Below, in pieces: positions 25,801 through 37,186 of a stretch of DNA of 64,000 nucleotides. The notes under the pieces were generated by a model. It was not told the DNA's origin, made no database searches, and saw only the letters and a list, made by a program, of their open reading frames with translations. Position 1 is the stretch's first letter; each line of letters starts with the position of its first letter. The position numbers were made by a program, and so were the translations under genes. The stretch covers positions 620,001 through 684,000 of the forward strand of contig OZ237768.1 of NCBI GenBank assembly GCA_965178125.1, in the 5' to 3' direction. Source of the stretch: Bilabrum cf. latius (Eukaryota).

Positions 25801-27720
25801 AGTGACATGGTGGAACCCGTGGCGGCCGCCGTGCCGCAGCCCACCAGCCCCATCAATGCCCCGCGCTACCCCTCCCCCGCCCGACCCCCTTGCGGGGTCC
25901 TCCTCCACCACTTTGCGCGGGGGGGGGAGAGGAGACAACTGCGCAGCGGCCGCGTGCGGCTGCATGGCAACGCAGGCGAGGGCCACGGCGCCTTCGTCCC
26001 CAATGTCGTTCCAGGAGAGGTCCAGCGTGCGCACGGGGCCGGACACCATCATTCTCATCAGCGGGGCAAGGGAACGCGGAGACAGGCCGCAGCGGGCCAG
26101 GTCCAGCACCTGCAGCCGAGCCGATCCGTGCCTTGCCACGTCATAGTGAGTCACTTCCCGCCGCCAATCCACCGATGGAGCGCCACCCGTCCCTCCCAAG
26201 CTGCTCTGACTGGCCGTTCCAGGCGCGCTCGTCACACCTGCACCGTGCGCAGGGTCTTCTATTTCGGTTGGTACGCGGGCGGATTCGGAGGCGTGCGACC
26301 TCGCGTGAATGCCAGCCGACTGTAGGCCGATGGTCGCATCTGCCCTGGCCCGCAGCTCCTCGGGAGCCTAGGGCTTCACCTGGGGACCCCTGGGCTGGAA
26401 CCCCCTTTTCTTCGGCTTGCGTGGGGGCTTGAACTTGGCCATGCGCATCCTCGGGGATCGGACCCCCGCAGCAGCCGCGAAGAACGAGGAGGACACGGTG
26501 GCGGTGGGCTCGCCCGGGGGGATGGCAGCGGAGGATGCAGGGGCCGCTCTTCGGAGCAGTCGCATGGCCTCGTCCCGTTTGTCCACCCCTCCCCTCCTCT
26601 TGGCCGCCTGCGTGGCTCTCATTCTCCTCTGCTTGACCTCCTTGGAGGCGTTGTCCTCGCCGATGATCCTGTTCCCCCGGGGATTGAGCCCGCACTCTTT
26701 CAGCAGCCCATCCACGAGGACAGGCACCTCCGGCGGCAGTCGAGGCTCCCGACCCTGCGCACTCGTCACACTGGAAGGGTCCCCGTCGCCGCAGACGGCC
26801 TCGGCGAGTGCCGCCAGCCCCGGGCCATCGAGGAAGCTGCACCCGCTGAGCGACAGCAGCTGCAGCCTGCGAGCCGCCAGCCCTATGGCGCCTGCGCACC
26901 CGCACGTGAGCGCCGGATTGTCCCCCAGCTCAAGGGCTTTGAGCCTTGGTGCCACGCCATGCACGAGGGCCCGGCAGAGCGCCACAGCGTCTGCGTCCAC
27001 CAGGCTTGTACCCGCCAGGCAAATGCGTCGGATCCGCTGCGCGGACAGTGCCAGCGAGGGCAAGACGCATGGTCGCAGCTGCCTGGCCACCGCTGGGTCC
27101 CCAGGCGCCGCCAGGGCAGTCGCCTCTGCTCCCAGGCCGGCGATCACGCTAGCCGACGGCGAGAACCCGAGCGACTTGCACATAGACTCGTACTTCTGGG
27201 CCGGATCTGCGACGATCGTCAGCGCGCTAGAGCCGTGATGGCCTCTATGCTTGCCTTGCAAATCGTCGAAAAGATCGATGTCGAGCCCGCTGCCGTTTGG
27301 GTGAGCACCACTGCCAGCAAAGTTGATCCTGCGGCTACTCTTCGGGGGAGATCGGTTGCGAGAACCAGTGCGTCTGGATGACATCTTGACATCCATTGGT
27401 GACGTGAGAATGGGAGCACGCTTTGGCCTCGCGGGCTCGAGCTTCGTCTCCTCTGCAGGGTCCTGGGATTCCCAGCCCGACGCCTGCCGTCGTGGTTGCA
27501 TGGTTGCCCGTAGTCCATCGAACCGCGACGAAAGGCTTCCTGATGCAATAATGCCACTTGTTATCTTCTTCAGGGTCGATCGCGCAGAGAAAGATCCTGT
27601 GGCGGGCTGTGAGGGGCCGCTCGAGACGCCGAGCTTTGACAAGTCGATGGTCCGCATTTTGCCTCCTCTCCTGTAGCGCTTCTCGATGTCTGCTGCAAGG
27701 GACGAATCAGTTCGGTCCAT
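22852..27720 (-). CDS. Leucine-rich repeat (RNI-like) protein with C-terminal EF-hand-like helical region (~1622 aa, TAG=Gln)
   Basis: ORFs 26368-27720, 25759-26235, 24055-25740, 23395-24006 and 22852-23091 share a frame, joined by 6 TAG. LRRs 'LKALELGDNP', 'VRTLDLSWNDIGDEGA', 'LRELDMSSNQIG', 'LRLGFNPLG'. Repeated 'FEFIEAVLRLA' / 'FTDFLEAVARLA'. Ends at TAA 22852-22854. Confidence 0.75.
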
Positions 27721-28299
27721 TGCTGTACTGTATACAAAATAAATAAATGACCAAGCTGCCTGGATATCCCCGGGAGCTCGCTTTCTTGCCCCTGGTTTCC
27801 GTTGTGTGCGACCAAGCCGGAAGTCGAGCGGTCGCGTGGATCAAATTTCAATTTGCGTGCGAGCTGATGAAACGAGAGGTCGAGATTGAGTCATTTTCTT
27901 TCGTGCAAGACACCGACCATTCACCGAGGCGAAAGGCCGGTGCACTTGCGCGCACAATCCCGCAATTAATGTTGCAAAGCGGCACAACCGAAACCCCGAG
28001 GGTCCCCGAGCACACACCTCCCGCGCCGGCTCAACATCGTGTGGCAACGCACAACCACGCAAACAAAGCAGCGGCATTGGTACCGAACCCAGGCATCCGT
28101 CGGGCGCTCGCCGCTGCTGAAAAACTAGCAGCGAGGCGAGCAGACGCACAAGGACACCAGGGAGCGGCACCACCGTGCAATGCACGCAGCGGTGCAACCA
28201 GCACGAACACCAAGCGCATGGGGGGGCACAACTCAGGGCACTCTTATCCCCGGCGGTGACGATCCACCGCAATGCACTGCACCCGACAAGCGGCGCTGC

Positions 28300-31200
28300 T
28301 CACAGCTTGTCGTAGTAGTTCTCCAGCGGCGGGGGCTGGGGCTTGTCTCCCTTCCTCACGCGGATCTCGGAGATGATCTCGTTGAGCTGGCTGCCCTCCT
28401 TGAAAGCATCGCCCACCATGGGCTCGTAGTGGCTGAAAGAGCACTGGGGGAATCCCTTTCCGCCCGTGTTGGAGCGCACCTCGCCGGCGAATCCGAATGA
28501 CTCGGCCACGGGCAGGTTGCACTTGAGGATCTTGATGGGGGTACCTTCCTTGTCGATCTCCTCGTTCACCACACCGCGCTTGTTGGCGATCAGGGTGTAG
28601 ATGGGACCCACCAGCATGGAGGGCACGGAGATCTCTGCCAGGTAGATGGGCTCCATGAGCGTGGGGGAGGCCGTGTACATGGCGGCGAAGCACACTCGGC
28701 GGCACGTGGGCATGATCTGGCCCTGGCCACGATGGATGGAATCAGAGTGCAGGGTCGCGTCGTACAGACGGAACACGGCGCCGCGCACTGGCTCCGAGGC
28801 AAGGGGCCCGGCCAAGGTGGCCCACTGGAATCCGGCCATGACGCCGTCCTTGATCTCGTTCAGGTACTGCACGGCCTTGGAGGCGTCGATCATCAGGTTG
28901 GCGCCCCTGTTCTCAGGGCCGAAGCCCCACAGCCTCTTGCCGTCCACCTCCTCTGCGGTGAAGCCGTTCTCGGGGAACTCCTCGCGGATGTACTTGCCGC
29001 GCGCCTTCACGTCGCGGGTGGTGGTCTCCACCTTGCCGTTCTCGATGGCCACGGACAGGTCGTTGGTCATGGGCTTGCACTTCACGTACAGCCTGTTGTG
29101 CTTGTTGGCAGACTTGCTCAGGCACATCATGGAGGACTCCTCGGTGATGGTCTCGCAGTAGGACACGATGGGGTCCTTCTCGATCAAAGGCACGGTCCCG
29201 CCCAGGAAATCGTCGCGCAGATCCTTGATGCAGATCTCCAGGTGCAGCTCACCGGCGCCGGCGATCACGGCCTCGCCCTCCTCCTGCTTGATGACCACGA
29301 GGGGGTCGGACTTGGCCAGGCGCTTGAGGCCCTCCACCAGCTTAGGGAGGTCCGAGGGGTTCTTGGGCACGACTGCCTTGCGCACCACAGGGGACACGGA
29401 GTACTTCATCTGCTTGATGTTGTGCGCGCCCACAAAGGTGGAGATGGTGCCCGACTTGATCAGGTACTGGTCCACGCCCACGAGCCCGCAGGTGTTGCCG
29501 GCGGGGACGTCGGCCACGGCCTCGGTCATGCCGCCCATCATGATGAGGGTCCTCTGGATGCTCTTCTCCCAGAGGTCGTCCTTCTTGCCAGGGGTGTAGT
29601 TGGGGCCCATGATGCGCACCTTCTGGCCGGTGGCGATGCGGCCGGAGAACACGCGACCGAAGGCGTAGAAGCGCCCGCCCTTGTCCGAGGTGGGCACCAT
29701 CTTGGACACGTACATCATCAGGGGACCCTCGGGGTCGCAGTTCCTCATGGCGATGGCGGCCTCGTCGTCGGCGGGGCCCTCGTACAGGTCGGCCACGCGG
29801 TACTTCTGGGCGCGGCGGGGGGAGGGGAGGTGCATCACGATCATCTCCAGCACAGCATCACCGGCGGGCAGCCACTTCTGCATGATGCGCTTGAGGAGCA
29901 CCTTGTCACGGAGGTCCTTCTCGTCGGACTTGAGCTTGACGCCGATGCCCTTGAGCATCTTCTCCACCATGTCGGTCTTGTTGGTCAGCACGGCGTTGGC
30001 CAGCTGGTAGATGGGGTCCAGGATGAACTGCACGAAGGCGCGCTTGGCCTCGCCCTCACGGATCAGCTTGTCGGACTTCTTCCAGGAAGTCTTCTTCTTG
30101 CCGGTCTTGGGGTCCTTGGACTTGACCATGCACCACGAGCCCCACAGGCGCTGGCGCATCTTGTACCGGGTGGTCGAGAACTTGGTCGAGTAGATCTTGG
30201 CGAACTGCTTGAGGGTGAAGCCCCAAGCCTGCAGGCCGGATCCGAAGGCCACGGTGCCGGCCTCCGGCTCCACCATGACGGTGCCCAGAGAGGCCTTGGT
30301 GCGGTCGTCGGCGTACGTGGAGATGACCACGTTCACGTTCTCGATGGCCTGGCGCAGCTTGAGGTAGGCCTCCTCGGGCTCGGTCTTGAGCTCGAGGACC
30401 ATGCGGTCCAGCTTGTTGATCATCAGCACCGGCTTGATGCGCTCCTGGAGGGCCTGCTGCAGCACGGTCTCGGTCTGCACGCACACGCCGGACACGCAAT
30501 CTACCACCACGAGGGCGCCGTCGGTCACGCGCAGGGCAGCGGTCACCTCGGACGAGAAATCAACGTGGCCGGGGGAGTCGATCAGGTTGATCAGGAAAGA
30601 CTTCTCCGAGATCATGACGCCGTCACCGATCTTCTCAACCTCCTCCTCCTCCTCGGCGGCGGCGGCGGCACCGCCCTCGGCGGCCTTCTTCTCCTCCTCG
30701 GTAGGGCCCTTGCCGGCCTTCTCGGCGGCGGCCTTGGCCTCGGCCTCGTCCTCGGCGTCCAGAGAGCGCTCCAGGGCCAGGTCGTACTCGAAGTACATGG
30801 ACACGCCGGTCGACTTGATGGTGATGCAGCGCTCCTGCTCATCCGCGCGGGTGTCGGTGAAGCGGGCCTCGCCGGCCTTGGAGGCGGCGATGATGCCTGC
30901 CTTGGACACGAGGGAATCGGTCAGGGTGGACTTTCCGTGGTCCACGTGGGCAATCACCGACATGTTACGGATGTTGTTGGTGTAGTCCATGATGGACCTG
31001 CGAGACGAATGATAGAGCAGTGCCAGACAAAAACACGGATGCAAAGAGCCAAGAGCAGTGACGGCCCGCGAACCACTTCAGAATGGCTTCGCACTCCGAC
31101 ACTAGCACGGACGAATGACAAGTAACCAGCCCCATGGTGATATAAATACCATACTATAAGAATCCTAGCCTGGTCCTACCCAACCAGGCTCAACATTACA

Positions 31201-31504
31201 ATCCGAAGGCTATTTAGAACGATCAACGCAGCATCACACGCAAGGCAACAAGTAAAGCCGCTAGCACTGCAATTCATCTTACCGCAGCTGGTCTGTCGTG
31301 AAGTTCGGCTGCGATTACAAGCAGAGAGGGGAAAACGGGGCGTGCGCCGTGCAAATCATCGGCCTGGGAGCGGCTCTCGTACAGGGTGCGGGGTACAGCC
31401 TGAACGTATCTTGGTTCATGCTCCATCCAGCTGAACGGAAGCAGTCATTGCATCCATTATCGGAATTTAACACTAGTTTAAATTCTATGTTGCTTGCTTA
31501 CCAT
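28300..31504 (-). CDS. EEF2: Eukaryotic translation elongation factor 2; exons 31502-31504 (ATG only), 31283-31308, 28300-30997 (~908 aa)
   Basis: [54 protein letters not shown], and diphthamide loop [13 protein letters not shown]. Two GT-AG introns restore the N-terminus [17 protein letters not shown] stop, no in-frame TAG. Confidence 0.97.
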
Positions 31505-31789
31505 GGTGAACGGGTTTACCTGCCGAAGAACCCCAGAAAAACGAATGGTTGGTAGTCGCACCACTTCGCGGTCGCGAGGATCGGATCGATTGGTCGCCAT
31601 GGGCGGTTGTAACTGCATAATTTGGTTACAACCGAGAATTGCCCAAGCGTGCGACCAGGCCAAATTGATCGCGACCTCAAGCCTGGTTACTTGTGTGAAC
31701 AATGCGCACCTGAATCGTGCATTTACAGTTCAAGTTGCAGGATACGTTGACACGCACAGTCGGATACTACCCCGTGCTCGGGCCGGGCG

Positions 31790-34700
31790 ATGTCAACGCA
31801 GCACATTTCATCTCGCCTGCGCTACGGCAGGCAGTTAGAACTGGCCGGAGACTCTGGACGAGACGCAGTCAGTCAAATGCGACCCAATGAATCGAATGGA
31901 GCCCCCCACCCTTCGCATACCAGGCACGTATCGCCCAGGCTCACAAGCCCGCGGTTCGAAGTTTCCACTGGAACTATCAGAAGAGCTCGAGCTGGCGCAG
32001 GGCCACTATCAGTGAGCCAACAAATCCGGTAGGAGGCACGCTAGCAGGCACTTGCCGCGGATCGATCGGCGGGATCTTCGTCTGGTCACGCAAAATCGCA
32101 CGATACGCGCCTGTCTGTAGAGCCGACCAGTGTGCTGCCGGCTGCATCACAGTTTCGATCAGGTGTGGGCTCCCACACAGCTACCTCAGACATGCCAACC
32201 ACCCGAAAGCACGGTTCAAGCAGGCGAATCGAATCCGTGTCCTCCCCCAGAGGAGGGAAGCCTCCCGGCAGCGGCTCCGTCAGCGGCAGCGGTGGCAGGG
32301 CTGGTGAGGAGGACGAGTGGCCCGACACGAGCGGGTTCTAGCCATCCTATTCGCCCCGTATCGCATGCTCTAGCAAAGGTACAGGGGCAGGTGCGGGTGC
32401 GGGTGCGGGCTCAGGTGCACCGAACGGTGGCGCTCTAGTCAACGGCAGGCACGTGTTCATGCGCATGCCTAGCCGTGGCAGGTCTTCCCTGTTGGGGTCA
32501 TCGTCACGTGGGCCGCAGAAGGGTGCAGCGCATGGCAGTGCAAAAGAAGGCCCCGGGATTGTGGCTTGGGGCATCATGATGCACAAGGGGAGCGGCGGCA
32601 GCAGCAAGCACCGTGGTGTGGCGAGTACGAGGTAGGATCGGAGTGTGACGAGCGCACTCGGCACTCCTTCTCCTCCCTAGCATGGGCGAGGTGCGCACTC
32701 GTCACACATCAGTTCGGCCTCGCCGCGGTTGAACGTAGCACGCCCCTCTCCCAGGAGCCAGCGCGCTCTACTAGCTGCCAGTGTGACGAGTGCTGCATCC
32801 GCTTCCCCCCTTGGCATGCCCAGCCCGCCCTCCAACGGTGTGACGAACAAGTACAGGAGGCGACCGCTGCGAGACCGGGCCAGTGGGGGTGCAAGTGGTG
32901 TTTGGGGAAGCGGCAGGGGCAGCGGGCGTGCGGGTGATCTGGGTCTCGGCAGCGCGGACAAAGGCATGGGTCTCGGTGTGACGAGTGGTTCCCCGGCTGC
33001 TGAAGTACTGCAGCCGCTCGTGTCACGGGTGGGTGTAGGGGGTGGCACTGGCGCTGCAGCTGCTCTGGAAGGCGGGTTGGCAGGCGGTGTTAGTGCAGGG
33101 GCAGGGCCAGGCGCAGGGATGGGCAGTACTAGACTCGGTGGCGGTGAATCTGCAGATGACTCGGAGGGGGGCCGAGGGGCGGCGGGTGTGTTTGATCCGG
33201 AAGGGGGCCGAGGGGCGGCGGGTGTGTTTGATCCGGAAGGGGGCCGAGGGGCGGCGGGTGTGTTTGATCCGGAAGGGGGCCGAGGGGCGGCGGGTGTGTT
33301 TGATCCGGAAGGGGGCCGAGGGGCGGCGGGTGTGTTTGATCCGGAAGGGGGCCGAGGGGCGGCGGGTGTGTTTGATCCGGAAGGGGGCCGAGGGGCGGCG
33401 GGTGTGTTTGATCCGGAAGGGGGCCGAGGGGCGGCGGGTGTGTTTGATCCGGAAGGGGGCCGAGGGGCGGCGGGTGTGTTTGATCCGGAAGGGGGCCGAG
33501 GGGCGGCGGGTGTGTTTGATCCGGAGGGGGGCCGAGGGGCGGCGGGTGTGTTTGATCCGGAAGGGGGCCGAGGGGCGGCGGGTGTGTTTGATCCGGAAGG
33601 GGGCCGAGGGGCGGCGGGTGTGTTTGATCCGGAAGGGGGCCGAGGGGCGGCGGGTGTGTTTGATCCGGAAGGGGGCCGAGGGGCGGCGGGTGTGTTTGAT
33701 CCGGAAGGGGGCCGAGGGGCGGCGGGTGTGTTTGATCCGGAAGGGGACGATCATCGCATGGTGGTGCACGCGCTGGGCATCGGCAGGGCCCGACCCGCGG
33801 TGCCGAGTGACGGGAATAGCGGTGTGACGAGTGCCCACGGCGTGGACGTGCTGGTGCCCGGGGCAGCTGCCCAGATGCTATCATCCAATGACCCCTCCCC
33901 TTCGTCATCGTCATCTGGGGGGTCCCAGGCGGGCGTGCCGCGGGATGACGAGCACAAGCAGCACCTGGAAACAGCAGCGGCAAAGCCCAACGAACCCACA
34001 GATACGCAGTCCGTGGCCGGCACCGAAACCAGTGTGACGAGTGAGGCGGACGGACAGGAGCTGGAGCTGGAGCTGGCACTTCCAGATGGCGGCGTGAACG
34101 TAGCGGATCTGTGGGGCTCTGCCCACGGCCAGGGAACAAGGGGCGGCGTCGCCGGCCCTGAGCAGCTGAGGCGGCAGGATTCGGAGCAGATGGTACGAGA
34201 TCTGGGCGGGGTGTCTCTGGACATGTTTGGGGCCATGGGAGATGAGGAACAAGACAATGGGGTGGGTGCGAGCGGGGCTGCCGCCGGTGCGGGAGCAGGA
34301 GAGGGCCAAGGAACCACCAGTGCGAAAGAGAACCAATCGCGAGAGGGCACTACCACCACCGGCGCGCACGACTCGGAGCCCAAAAACACCGCTAGTCAGG
34401 GCCAGGGCACAGCGACCATCAGCCGGGGGCTCGGCACTGCGAGCAACGAGACCATGTCTCTGGCGCCCCCGGTGCGGCGCATGAGAACTGCCCCGAGGAG
34501 GCACCGGCCTTCACGAACGTTCGTTGTGGACGAGCCCATGGTGCTGGGAGTCGCGGCGGGCGGGGTGGGGCTGGGAACAGACAGCGAGGGGCGGGCCTCC
34601 AAGGGGTCGAGGGGGGGCAGGGGCAGCGGGCTGGGGCTGGGGCTGGGCGGCGGGATGGCAGCGGGGGCCGTGTCTCCGGGGATCGGATCGAGGATCGGAT

Positions 34701-35776
34701 CGAGGATCGGATCGGGGAGCCTGTAGAGCGGCAGCGCGCAGCCCCCGAGACGTGCCTCCCTCGGGTCCTCTTCTCTGGCAGGCCGTGGTCATGGTGATGG
34801 TGCTGACGATTGCGTGCCCCCCTCTGAGGCGAAGAGCCCGGCAGCAGTGGCAGGTGCGATGCTGGTGGGCGGGCGGGGGATGGTACTGGGCGACCTGGCA
34901 GGAAAAGAAGATGAAGAGAACAACACCGTTGAGGTGACCCTGGGAGGGTTCGGAGATGCAAGGGGTGTGACGAATGCGCGGGGAGTGAGGAGGAACTCCA
35001 CCGGTGGAGCTACTGCTGCCAGGCGCACGGGACTCGGACAGGGCGATGCGGGTGTGACGAGTGCACCAGGTACGAGCAGCGATGGCGCATCCGAGGCGGG
35101 CGCCTCTGTCGGGTCCCACGCCGCATCGATGGATGCCAGCGAGAGCTCCAGCAGCGGCGCGCTCGACCGTGTGACGAGTGGATCGGTGCGCGCCAACAGC
35201 AGCGGCGCGTTTGCCAGTCAGCCGGCCGCGGGAGGGCTCCGGTCCCGGGCTGTCTCGGAGTCTGCTGTGACGAGTGCATCCGCATCCGCCCCGTCCTCGC
35301 CCCTCGCAGCTGTGGCGGCGGGCCGCGATGTCACGGAAACCGCTGGTGCGGGTGTGACGAGTGCGGGCGGTCGGTCCTCGAAGGGCAGCGGGAGCATGGG
35401 CGGGGGTGGGGGCGCCAGGGAACAAGAGCAGGAACAGGGGCCTAGCAGGGCCACCCTGCTGTGGGGCTCCCTACGGCTGCACCGGGGGCAGCTGGTGCGG
35501 CGGATGCGGCTGCGGCCCGAATCTGGCGCGGGCAGCAGCAGCAGCGGTGGGAATGGGAAGGGCGGGGCTGGCGCGGGTGCCAGGGGGGAAGAGGGGCATG
35601 AGGGTGATGGGGGGAGCGAGACGGGGACGAGTCGCGGTAATTCTGGCTCCGGGTCAAGGCTGGGGGTCCGGTCCAGATTGCGCGGCGCTGGCTCCGCCGG
35701 GAGCTTTGGAGGTGAGGACACGGGTGGTGCCAGTGGGCGGTTTGTTTCTGCTGACCTGGAGCCCATTGTGGAGTGA
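31790..35776 (+). CDS. Low-complexity Gly/Ala/Ser-rich hypothetical protein containing a 12-aa tandem repeat (TAG=Gln)
   Basis: ORFs 31790, 32132, 32453, 32729 and 34814 are in one frame, joined by about 7 TAG, ending at TGA 35774-35776. No recognisable domain. Confidence 0.5.
33161..33745 (+). repeat. 36-bp minisatellite, 16 near-perfect copies (PEGGRGAAGVFD)
   Basis: Unit CCGGAAGGGGGCCGAGGGGCGGCGGGTGTGTTTGAT, head-to-tail with no spacers. Confidence 0.95.
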
Positions 35777-35924
35777 TTATTACTTGTTCGGATGAAAAGT
35801 TCAATGGAGCGCAATACACCGATAGCTCCGCAGGCGCACGATATTTCGCGGTTGCGAACGGATTGTGACGAGTGTTCGGACCACGTTGCCAAAGTCATCG
35901 TTATAGCGACAGAGGGGCGCAACC

Positions 35925-37018
35925 ATGAAGTTTGCAGCAGTCCTTTAGGGTAGCCTTATTGGTACACCCTTCACGGAGTGCGTAGCATTGATTTTACTCG
36001 CCGCTGGCACTCTTGGGGTGGTCGTAGGCATCCCAATGGCATCAACGTGGGGCTCAGATGTGGTCATCGACTCTGCCGAAGTGCAGTCCATCGCTTTTCA
36101 AGTCCTAATTGTATATGCTGGCATCCGCCTGGCTATCGTATCACTTGCAACGGCATGTAGGGCCACGGTAGGCTTGAAAATTGAAGGTGGGACACGATCT
36201 ACGAGCATATCTGCCCTACGATGCTTACCCGACCATTACTTCATCAACATCCACAGTGTATCCTCTTTCTCGCAGACATTATCATTGCTTCGCTGGCTAT
36301 AGCATTGTTTTGGTACCTTGAGTAGGGAGGATTCACTGGTCAATCAGCAATCGACTTAGCGAAGCCTGTCGTTGGTTCTGTGGGAGCTCGTCTGTTGAAG
36401 CGCTTGGTGGCATCCTCACTAAAGGAACTGCGCCTCGTCAAGCAAATCGCGGTGATGTGCCTGCATTTTCACCTGGTCGTCCGTCTGGCGTTCGTTGCGT
36501 ACGCCGCGGCTCGATTCGTCGTTGTGCTCACATGCTAGGCGCTGGGTTTCTGCAAGGGTACTCCGCTGTGGGGCCCAGGGGGCTTGGCTGATATATTTCC
36601 AACACTAAGCATTGCAGGGCTGTACTGGCCAGGGGCCAGCAAGGCTAGCAGCAGCGACCGAGCAGCCGAAGCGAGCAGCGGCGGTGTTGTTGATGATAGC
36701 GATCGCAGAGGTGGTGATGATGAGGAGGAGGATGATCTTGGTACCAAGGGCGGCTTTAATAGCGAGCAGCGGGGACTGGCGGGAGGGGCCGAAGGAGAGG
36801 AAGAGGAGGAGGAGGAGGAGGAAGAGGAAGAGGACACTCGAGGGAATGCGGGCGAAGTCGGCGGCCTCAGGCAGCGGCGCAATCAAAGCAAGAGGGGGGA
36901 GGGCAAGAAGGGCAAGGGCAAGAAGCGGCGGGAGGACAGCGAGAGCAGCAGCGATGACGAAGACCCGCTGCCCGTGTACATAACCCAAAAGAGGACGGGG
37001 AGAAACCGCCGGCGATGA
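35925..37018 (+). CDS. Hypothetical membrane protein with acidic/basic C-terminal tail (one probable intron ~36157-36275)
   Basis: ATG 35925, several hydrophobic segments, acceptor TTCTCGCAG at 36275. The downstream frame is open (TAG only) into the 36584-37018 ORF, which ends at TGA. Donor site uncertain. Confidence 0.5.
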
Positions 37019-37186
37019 TTGACAGGTGCATGCACAACTGATATTACACATCTGCCTGATTGCGCTCGTGTTCGCAATGTCACAGCAAGCGGATGAAACA
37101 CGAAGACTTGGTGATTTAGATCCGGATCCGATCGTAGGAATTCGAATTCGCAGCCTCAGCTCTCCTAAGGCATTTATTTGAGCAAC

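Noticed and set aside
28732-31125. 797-aa plus-strand ORF
   Set aside because: Antisense shadow of the strongly GC3-biased eEF2 gene.
33161-33745. CRISPR-like 36-bp repeat array
   Set aside because: Units are contiguous with no unique spacers, there are no cas genes, and the context is eukaryotic coding sequence.
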